Below are positions 53,592 to 59,532 of a DNA stretch of 59,532 nucleotides, piece by piece. This stretch comes from a virus. The notes below the pieces were generated by a model that was not told where the DNA came from, searched no databases, and saw nothing but the letters and a program-made list of their open reading frames with translations. Positions within the stretch are counted from its first letter, which is position 1. Each line of letters starts with the position of its first letter. The stretch is taken from IMG/VR virus record IMGVR_UViG_3300029479_000004, positions 1 to 59,532 of that record; one strand, written 5' to 3'. A program made the position numbers and the translations under genes.

Positions 53592-54392
53592 ATGGCTATA
53601 GCAGGAAGAGTAGCAATCGTGCCAAAAGGCGATTGGAGCGCAGATGCTACATATAAGAGATTGGATGCAGTGACTTATAACAATACGCTTTATTTCGCAA
53701 AAAAGGAAGTGCCTGCAGGAACGGCAACAAGCAATACGGAATATTGGTCGAAGTCGATTGTGGGTGGTGCCGGTGCAATCGCAACGAAAGAGGATGCCGG
53801 GATTGTGAAACCGGCAGACGGACTTTCGATTGCAGAAGATGGAACCCTTAAGGTAAGCATTGATGGCACGACTCTTACAATGGATCAGGTCAACAATGTA
53901 ATCAAGTTGGCAGATACCTTAAAAGAAAAAATCGGAAGCGCACTGCAACCGGAAAGTATCGTAAACAACCAGATTACGACAGTGGAAGGGTTTGCGTTGG
54001 ACGCGCGGCAGGCTAATCCGGATCTGGATGGTACGCTTGCAAAGCAGATAAGTGATTTAAACGGCAGTTTAAAAATTAAAATTGTTCAATGGACACCATA
54101 TTGTCCTCGAACAGATTTTGCAGATAAGGTTAAGCTTAGCGAAGCGATGGCACTACGATACGGATCTTTAGTAATTTGCGCTATACGTATTGATTTATCT
54201 GAAAATACTCCTGGCGGATATGTTTCTATTGTAAATTTACCAACAAAATTGTTTACTGGTATCAACCAAACAAACATGGACGGAAAAGAAGGTAAATGGT
54301 ATTTAGATAAAAACACAGCTAGTGTCTTTTTGCGAAGCGTATTTGAAGCCGGCACGTATTGGCTTAACTTCATGTATCTAGAAGCAGAATAA
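53592..54392 (+). CDS. tail fibre / receptor-binding protein (current C-terminal variant A)
   Basis: 266 aa with the GDWSADATYKRLDAVTYNNTLYFAKKEV N-terminal motif. Contains inversion site 1 at codons L-N-G-S-L. Confidence 0.6.
   Translation: MAIAGRVAIVPKGDWSADATYKRLDAVTYNNTLYFAKKEVPAGTATSNTEYWSKSIVGGAGAIATKEDAGIVKPADGLSIAEDGTLKVSIDGTTLTMDQVNNVIKLADTLKEKIGSALQPESIVNNQITTVEGFALDARQANPDLDGTLAKQISDLNGSLKIKIVQWTPYCPRTDFADKVKLSEAMALRYGSLVICAIRIDLSENTPGGYVSIVNLPTKLFTGINQTNMDGKEGKWYLDKNTASVFLRSVFEAGTYWLNFMYLEAE
54056..54073. repeat. inversion site 1 (dyad TTTAAAC-GGCA-GTTTAAA)
   Basis: 17 bp (54057..54073) are the exact reverse complement of 54687..54703. Confidence 0.75.
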
Positions 54393-54394
54393 AA

Positions 54395-54724
54395 TTAAAT
54401 ATCATACAAAATAAAATTGCCTTCCCAAACTTGTACAAAACAAAGAGTGGTACTTCGTGGACTTGCAAGTAACCCAATACCATAATTTAAAGTATCTAAA
54501 CCATTCCACGAAAATATAATAAGCGAGTAATCACCTACATTTTTGAAAGTCGTTACGTGTTTAGATATTGAACTATAGAAATTATCTTCTATTGTTTCTA
54601 CGTGGTATATTCCACATCCACCAGATACTTGCGATGCCGAAGACCAATTATTGATTATTTTTCTGAACTTAAAATTATTTAAGTCATTTAAACTGCCGTT
54701 TAAGAAAATATATCGAACAAACAT
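54395..54724 (-). CDS. promoterless alternative tail-fibre C-terminal cassette (variant B), inverted orientation
   Basis: Only 7 codons precede the shared L-N-G-S-L repeat. No SD. Tail-to-tail with the fibre gene (2-bp gap). AT-richer than its neighbours by eye. Confidence 0.6.
   Translation of the reverse strand: MFVRYIFLNGSLNDLNNFKFRKIINNWSSASQVSGGCGIYHVETIEDNFYSSISKHVTTFKNVGDYSLIIFSWNGLDTLNYGIGLLASPRSTTLCFVQVWEGNFILYDI
54687..54704. repeat. inversion site 2 (TTTAAAC-TGCC-GTTTAAG)
   Basis: Inverted copy of site 1. Core TGCC is the reverse complement of GGCA. Confidence 0.75.
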
Positions 54725-54774
54725 TCGAAAGTAACTTATAAACCATTTTTTATCATAGAAAGGAATTAAAAAAC

Positions 54775-55155
54775 ATGGATAAAATTATTTTAGCCAACAA
54801 AACAGAGTTCGAAATTGCCGATGGGGCAAGCCTTGGAAACATCCAGATCAAAGCCGAGAACTTCGAAGCCGTCAAGACCATCACGGATGCATTTTCTGCG
54901 GACAACCTGCAGGAAGTTACATTTACACATAATGGCGAAACATCCGGCAAGTACACAGATCTGAAATCCGATGGGTTTACATATATGCCGAACGTGGGAG
55001 AGGACGGAGCAGAAGACGGTACATATACCGTTACTATCAGGTTGCGAACAAAAACGGAAATGGAAAAGGCAATTGATGAGCTTAAAGCAGGACACGAAGC
55101 AAACGCAGAAGCAATCGAAGAATTGGCAAGCATTACCGCAGAAAGTGAGGTGTAG
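54775..55155 (+). CDS. XkdW-position hypothetical protein
   Basis: 126 aa. Precedes an XkdX-like mini-ORF. Confidence 0.4.
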   Translation: MDKIILANKTEFEIADGASLGNIQIKAENFEAVKTITDAFSADNLQEVTFTHNGETSGKYTDLKSDGFTYMPNVGEDGAEDGTYTVTIRLRTKTEMEKAIDELKAGHEANAEAIEELASITAESEV

Positions 55156-55158
55156 GAT

Positions 55159-55284
55159 ATGGTTAAATTCTACGTGAGACGTATTCTTGTAGATAAGAAA
55201 ATGACGATTGATGAAGTGCCGATGCGTTGGCGCGCAAAAGTGCAAGAAGAGATTGAGAAACAGCTTTCCGCTTCTCTGCAATGA
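55159..55284 (+). CDS. XkdX-like small protein (41 aa)
   Basis: MVKFYVRRILVDKKMTIDEVPMRWRAKVQEEIEKQL. Read manually. Confidence 0.5.
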   Translation: MVKFYVRRILVDKKMTIDEVPMRWRAKVQEEIEKQLSASLQ

Positions 55285-55421
55285 CATTTCCTGTCGAAAC
55301 TTGCGACCGAAAAATGTTGAAATCATGCATATTGCAGTGATACTATGGACTTGTCCGAAAGGACACTTCAAGTTCTGGCATGGGGGCAAGGCTTGGCATT
55401 GGCTTTGTCCCCAAGTTGTTA

Positions 55422-55450
55422 TTGACTATGCCGAACACGCGTTCTATAAT
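55422..55450 (+). promoter_or_regulatory. promoter TTGACT-17-TATAAT
   Basis: -35 at 55422..55427 and -10 at 55445..55450. Confidence 0.65.
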
Positions 55451-55477
55451 GGGGTATATCAATAGGAGGGGTTGCAA

Positions 55478-55588
55478 ATGGATTACAAAAAGAAGATAAT
55501 AGAATTGATTGATAAGATTGAAGACCGGAAGGTCTTACGTTGTATTTATATTATTGTATCAAATATCGTAAAGGAGTTCTGTAAATGA
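55478..55588 (+). CDS. small hypothetical protein (36 aa)
   Basis: GGAGGGG RBS and ATGA coupling to the next ORF. Confidence 0.35.
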   Translation: MDYKKKIIELIDKIEDRKVLRCIYIIVSNIVKEFCK

Positions 55589-55839
55589 AAAATTCAAAAC
55601 TTGAAATCAGATCCATTAATGAAGACAGTATTTTTTGCGAAGTTCTTATTGACGGTCATGTGATTCATGGTGTTCGTAGCGTTCGATTTGAAAAGAAGGC
55701 TATGGAAATGCCGGTTGTTCACCTTGATTTTAATTGCATCAATATGTCAATAGACTCTCCGTTTGTTACAAGATTAGAAGGAAATGACGGAGAGAGCGAG
55801 ATTGAGATTAAATTTAAGAATCAAGACCACGCCATATAG
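55585..55839 (+). CDS. hypothetical protein, paralog of 57055..57330
   Basis: Shares the core ...(L/F)(I/V)DGH.I.G(V/I)R...F...P...LD....N...D. Confidence 0.5.
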   Translation: MKNSKLEIRSINEDSIFCEVLIDGHVIHGVRSVRFEKKAMEMPVVHLDFNCINMSIDSPFVTRLEGNDGESEIEIKFKNQDHAI

Positions 55840-56002
55840 GGCAATCGTTTCTTTCGCAATGATACGTTGTGTCGCTATAACCGCAACGTATCTTGCCTTT
55901 TGCGTATACAATTCCTTCATTGTTCTTGTACGGAACTTGGTCAATTTCTATTGTTACATTTTTATTTACCAATTCACAAAATCCATATTCTTTTATAAAC
56001 AT
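55814..56002 (-). CDS. small Cys-containing protein co-transcribed with the repressor
   Basis: 62 aa. ATG lies 2 nt after the repressor stop, with a GAGGAA RBS inside the repressor's 3' end. Confidence 0.5.
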   Translation of the reverse strand: MFIKEYGFCELVNKNVTIEIDQVPYKNNEGIVYAKGKIRCGYSDTTYHCERNDCPIWRGLDS

Positions 56003-56004
56003 AA

Positions 56005-56334
56005 TTATTCCTCACTTAATAGGTTTATCAATTCAATAACGTGTTTCTTTTTAGCGTCTGATAAGTTGAAATATTTCTTTAATGAGCAGGTCAATTCTTC
56101 GTCCTTCATTAATTTTGCTGACATATTTGCATATTTTTCCAATCTGTCTTCTTTACCATTTACGAGATAGTCAAGAGAAACACCAAAATATTCAGCTATT
56201 GCATTTACTTTGTCCACATTTGGATGATCCAGCTTGCTCAAATATCCCTTTGCAAATCCGCAATACTCCTCTAATTGGTAGCTTTTTACACCGTTTTCAT
56301 CGCACAATTCTTTAACTCTTTCTTTTAATGTCAT
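56005..56334 (-). CDS. XRE-family HTH repressor (CI-like)
   Basis: MTLKERVKELCDENGVKSYQLEEYCGFAKGYLSKL...AIAEYFGVSLDYLV. Confidence 0.8.
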   Translation of the reverse strand: MTLKERVKELCDENGVKSYQLEEYCGFAKGYLSKLDHPNVDKVNAIAEYFGVSLDYLVNGKEDRLEKYANMSAKLMKDEELTCSLKKYFNLSDAKKKHVIELINLLSEE

Positions 56335-56357
56335 TTGATTTTCTCCACAAAATAAAA

Positions 56358-56550
56358 TTCTGAAAAAATCGCAAAAATAATTATTGACATTCTGAATATA
56401 TCGCGTATAATGTACTTAAAGGTTCTGAAAAAATCGCAACAAAATAGCGACATTCGCATGCCGTAATTAATTTCTATGATTTTTGCTCGCAACTCAAATT
56501 ATAGAATATTTTCAGAGAATAGTCAACATATATGTGCGATTTTTTCAGAA
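56358..56550. promoter_or_regulatory. immunity switch: three TTCTGAAAAAATCGCA operators plus apparently face-to-face promoters
   Basis: Operators at 56358..56373, 56423..56438 and, inverted, 56535..56550. Plus promoter TTGACA (56384)-16-TATAAT (56406). Minus promoter TTGACT (56526..56521)-17-TATAAT (56503..56498). Confidence 0.6.
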
Positions 56551-56578
56551 CTTAAAGAAAAGGAAGGGAGGTTTTAAC

Positions 56579-56767
56579 TTGTACGAAAAAATCAAACGGT
56601 TCAGTAAGGAAAAGGGAATTCCAATCAGAAAACTAGAAATGATGGCTAATATTTCGCAGGGCAGTATTTGCAAATGGGGAGAGATTAGCCCTTCGTTTGA
56701 CAAAGTTGTAAGGGTTTCCGAAATACTAGGAATTGATGTAGCCGAGTTAATTGATCGCAAAGAATAA
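56579..56767 (+). CDS. Cro-like XRE HTH protein
   Basis: TTG start 7 nt after GGGAGG. IRKLEMMANISQGSICKWGEISPSFDKVVRVSEILGIDVAELI. Confidence 0.7.
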   Translation: MYEKIKRFSKEKGIPIRKLEMMANISQGSICKWGEISPSFDKVVRVSEILGIDVAELIDRKE

Positions 56768-56795
56768 AGATTTTGAGCAGAAAGGAGAGGAAGAA

Positions 56796-57080
56796 ATGAA
56801 AGAAATTAAATCCGTAAATGATTTGGTTGTTGTTCCGGTTTCCTATTTTAATGGAATGGAAAAGGAATTGCAGAAGATTCTAAACAAAGTGGATATTCAC
56901 GATATGGACGTCATGGAACAGGTTCTTCATATGCGGAAGTGGCTGAAAACCAAAACCGTATATGAAGAAACAAAGAGATTATATCCTAATCTCCGTTTGG
57001 AAAATATTCATTTGCTTTTACCACAAGAAGAGAGCGACGAAAGGGGGTTAGGGCATGGAACACAAACCACAAAAAATTGA
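56796..57080 (+). CDS. hypothetical protein
   Basis: AAAGGAGAGG RBS. Confidence 0.5.
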   Translation: MKEIKSVNDLVVVPVSYFNGMEKELQKILNKVDIHDMDVMEQVLHMRKWLKTKTVYEETKRLYPNLRLENIHLLLPQEESDERGLGHGTQTTKN

Positions 57081-57330
57081 AATCAAGCCGAGAAAAGAGG
57101 GCGAGCCGCCGTCAAGTATTCATCTTTTTGTAGATGGACATGAAATCAAAGGAATTAGAAAACTTGATTTTTCTGTAGAACCAAACGGTTTTCCACATTT
57201 GGTGCTTGATTTACAGGCATTTAATTTGACGGTTGATGCCGCTTGCTTGATATATCAGGAAAAAATCGGGGCAATCAATCTACAGATTGCAGACGAAGAA
57301 AACGAAAGGGGTGAGAATGGGTGGAAGTAA
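57055..57330 (+). CDS. hypothetical protein, paralog of 55585..55839
   Basis: IHLFVDGHEIKGIRKLDFSVEPNGFPHLVLDLQAFNLTVD. Confidence 0.5.
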   Translation: MEHKPQKIEIKPRKEGEPPSSIHLFVDGHEIKGIRKLDFSVEPNGFPHLVLDLQAFNLTVDAACLIYQEKIGAINLQIADEENERGENGWK

Positions 57331-57548
57331 AAAGATACCGGCTTTTAGACGAAGAAGGAAAAGCTGTAATTGTAAAGAAAGACAAGGATAGATATATCGG
57401 TCTTGACGAATTGGCACAGCACATAGCAATGAATATCGTTGATGATTACCAAAGCATTTTGGACGGCGATAAGAAAATCGAAGATACAAACATTGAATTA
57501 TCCGTCAAAGTCCTTACCGCCATTTCTCCGGTCATTAAAACATATTAG
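57321..57548 (+). CDS. hypothetical protein
   Basis: 75-aa ORF with a GTG start. Confidence 0.4.
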   Translation: MEVKRYRLLDEEGKAVIVKKDKDRYIGLDELAQHIAMNIVDDYQSILDGDKKIEDTNIELSVKVLTAISPVIKTY

Positions 57549-57733
57549 AAATGTTTTATGTTACGGAATGGGTTTTCTGCCGCTTCCACGCTAGAGGATC
57601 GATTTTCTTCTTTCGGTAGAGATTTTTTGATTTCTTCGCAGTATTGGTCGTACTTGGTTTTGAAATCACTGAAAGAATCATTACATCCGCAAATTTTAGC
57701 GATAGCGTAGGCAGATACATATTCATTGTTCAA
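57545..57733 (-). CDS. small hypothetical protein (62 aa)
   Basis: TTG start 5 nt after GGGAGGTG on the minus strand. Confidence 0.4.
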   Translation of the reverse strand: MNNEYVSAYAIAKICGCNDSFSDFKTKYDQYCEEIKKSLPKEENRSSSVEAAENPFRNIKHF

Positions 57734-57787
57734 AAATTCACCTCCCTTATTTGATGATAAGGGAATTATACCACAGAAAGGAGAGTT

Positions 57788-58513
57788 ATGAACGAACTTG
57801 TAAAAGTGAATTTTGACACACAGACAGTGTCGGCAAGAGAACTGCATGAGCAGTTACATATTGGGACTGAATTTGCAAAGTGGTTTTCGCGCATGTGTGA
57901 GTACGGATTTTCAGTAGGAAATGACTATTCAGAGGTTATCGTCAAAAATGACGAAAACTCAAAAGGCGGCAGACCGGCAACAGATTACAACATTTCCGTA
58001 GACATGGCGAAGCAAATCTGCATGATTCAGAGGACACCAGAGGGCAAAGCGGTACGACAGTACCTTATCGATTTAGAAAAGGCATGGAATACACCGGAAC
58101 AGGTCATGGCAAGAGCATTGAAGATTGCAAATAATACGATTGAAAGTCTGAAATCAGAAAACAATACGCTTGCAATCAAAAATAAGGAAATGAAACCTAA
58201 AGCGATTTTCGCAGATGCGGTATCAGCGAGCCATACATCAATCCTTATAGGAGATTTAGCAAAGCTTATTTGTCAGAACGGTGTGCAGATAGGACAGAAG
58301 CGGTTGTTTGAGTGGTTACGAGAGAATAACTTCCTTATTAAAAGCGGCACTTCTAGGAACATGCCAAAACAGAGATATGTTGAACAGGGATTGTTTGAGG
58401 TTAAGGAAAGTAACATTCAGAATCCAGACGGTTCCGTAAGAATCACAAAGACAACGAAAGTTACCGGAAAAGGACAGGTTTACTTTGTAAACAAATTCCT
58501 GAAAGGAGCATGA
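57788..58513 (+). CDS. antirepressor (AntA/AntB N-terminal domain plus KilAC-type C-terminal domain)
   Basis: VSARELHEQLHIGTEFAKWFSRMCEYGF...DY. C-terminal ...FADAVSASHTSILIGDLAKLI...KRLFEWLRENNFL. Confidence 0.75.
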   Translation: MNELVKVNFDTQTVSARELHEQLHIGTEFAKWFSRMCEYGFSVGNDYSEVIVKNDENSKGGRPATDYNISVDMAKQICMIQRTPEGKAVRQYLIDLEKAWNTPEQVMARALKIANNTIESLKSENNTLAIKNKEMKPKAIFADAVSASHTSILIGDLAKLICQNGVQIGQKRLFEWLRENNFLIKSGTSRNMPKQRYVEQGLFEVKESNIQNPDGSVRITKTTKVTGKGQVYFVNKFLKGA

Positions 58514-58744
58514 ATGAAAAAAGTAATTCAATTCATTATAGGTGCGGTTGCAATGGAATATTCCTTAGTTGCCGCGTGCTATATGGATAGTGAGGGCGCG
58601 GCCGGGAATATGGCGGCTATTAAATTTGTAGCCGGTGCGGTAATCGCGGCAATTATGTATTACTGGTCGGAAGTAGACCGGAAGAGAGCCGAACTTGACA
58701 AGCGAATCAAGAGAAATCGCAGAATGAGAGAGGATGCATGGTAG
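58514..58744 (+). CDS. small membrane protein
   Basis: 76 aa with two hydrophobic helices and a basic tail. Confidence 0.5.
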   Translation: MKKVIQFIIGAVAMEYSLVAACYMDSEGAAGNMAAIKFVAGAVIAAIMYYWSEVDRKRAELDKRIKRNRRMREDAW

Positions 58745-58885
58745 ACGTTGTGTATATAAGTGGCACGAGATGTTCCACGAAAGAAAAGCGTATGCTTGCT
58801 GAACTTTTGGCAGGGAAACGAAAGAAACAGAATGATAAAGATAATTTTGAAAAGGTTCTTGGCAGAGAAATGGAAAGGAGAAGCA

Positions 58886-59506
58886 ATGGAGAACAAAATA
58901 ACACTAATCGGTGATGTTGTATCAGCACCAAGAGAAAGCCATAAATCAAATGGTAAGAATTTTTATAAATTTTTTATCGGAGTTGAAAGAAGAAGTGGTG
59001 TTGCAGATATACTTCCGGTACTGTTCGACAAAGAAATCAGCGATACAGGAATCAGCGGAACGGTATGTGTCAATGGGAAGATAATTACCAGGCGCGTAAA
59101 AACAGGGTCTGGAAAAGCCATTCTTACATATGTTATGGCTGATACAATCACAAAACCAGAGGATGATAGCCCTTTGAATGAAGTAAGCCTTGATGGAATT
59201 ATCGAGGAAAAGCAACTTAGAGAAACGCCACTTGGTCGTAAAATCTGTGATTTGAAACTCAAAAACGTAAGAGAAAACGGAAAAGAGGATTTGATCACCT
59301 GCATTGCGTGGAGTGATAATGCGGAATACACAAATACTCTTTCGATAGGAGATAGGGTTAGCGTTTACGGCAGACTACAGAGCCGGAGATACAAGAAAAC
59401 GTGTAAAGATGGTCACGTTATGGAAAAAGTTACATATGAGTTGTCAATAAAAGGAATCGTGGGGGGGTGTAATAATGCGAATGATTTTAAAATCGTTACA
59501 TATTGA
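58886..59506 (+). CDS. ssb: OB-fold single-stranded DNA-binding protein
   Basis: GAAAGGAG RBS. MENKITLIGDVVSAPR...GDRVSVYGRLQSRRY pattern of SSB/PriB-like OB folds. Heads the recombination module. Confidence 0.55.
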   Translation: MENKITLIGDVVSAPRESHKSNGKNFYKFFIGVERRSGVADILPVLFDKEISDTGISGTVCVNGKIITRRVKTGSGKAILTYVMADTITKPEDDSPLNEVSLDGIIEEKQLRETPLGRKICDLKLKNVRENGKEDLITCIAWSDNAEYTNTLSIGDRVSVYGRLQSRRYKKTCKDGHVMEKVTYELSIKGIVGGCNNANDFKIVTY

Positions 59507-59532
59507 AAATTTCAAAGGTGTAAAGGATAAGA
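59434..59532. repeat. 99-bp terminal redundancy, identical to 1..99
   Basis: Exact copy of the window start. Confidence 0.9.

Noticed and set aside
53592-55155. Diversity-generating retroelement at the tail fibre
   Set aside because: No reverse transcriptase ORF exists anywhere in the genome and no template/variable repeat pair was seen. The variation mechanism visible here is inversion.
55208-55465. 85-aa ORF in the gap after the XkdX-like gene (possible missing lysis gene)
   Set aside because: It has no RBS and is Cys/Trp/His-rich with no TM segment. It overlaps a consensus promoter, so it is judged non-coding.

Overview
The window is a complete temperate siphovirus-like phage genome of about 59.4 kb, assembled as a circle: the first 99 nt are identical to the last 99 nt. 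Gene content suggests a low-GC Firmicutes/Clostridia host (YopX, XkdX, phage replisome organizer, SPP1-type portal, lambda E-type capsid). Starting at the immunity switch (~56.3 kb) and wrapping through the contig junction at coordinate 1, the modules are:
- Immunity and early genes: XRE repressor, cro-like gene, antirepressor.
- Recombination and replication: SSB, SMC-like ATPase, RecT-like protein, MBL-fold hydrolase, replisome organizer, DnaB.
- Many small early genes, a beta-class DNA methyltransferase, and a tyrosine recombinase with a putative attP (~17.8 kb).
- A terminator-bounded cargo cassette of compositionally odd proteins (18.1-21.0 kb).
- A minus-strand moron operon and an RHH-controlled accessory island (21.7-26.0 kb).
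- Two CRISPR-repeat-like structured RNA units (26.08-26.26 kb) and an iteron/AT-rich region.
- TerS, then a 4.7-kb insertion (mazG, tRNA-Gln, tRNA-Ile, structured RNAs), then TerL, portal, head, tail, tape measure and tail fibre genes.

The strongest unusual signals are:
1. An apparent invertible segment that would swap the tail-fibre C-terminus in frame, with no adjacent invertase.
2. The CRISPR-repeat-like RNA pair.
3. The spore-coat/exosporium-like cargo cassette next to attP.
4. A roughly 600-nt tRNA-embedded structured RNA locus.
5. An iteron shared between the replisome-organizer gene and a distant intergenic region.

All functional calls come from motifs read by eye. No searches were run.
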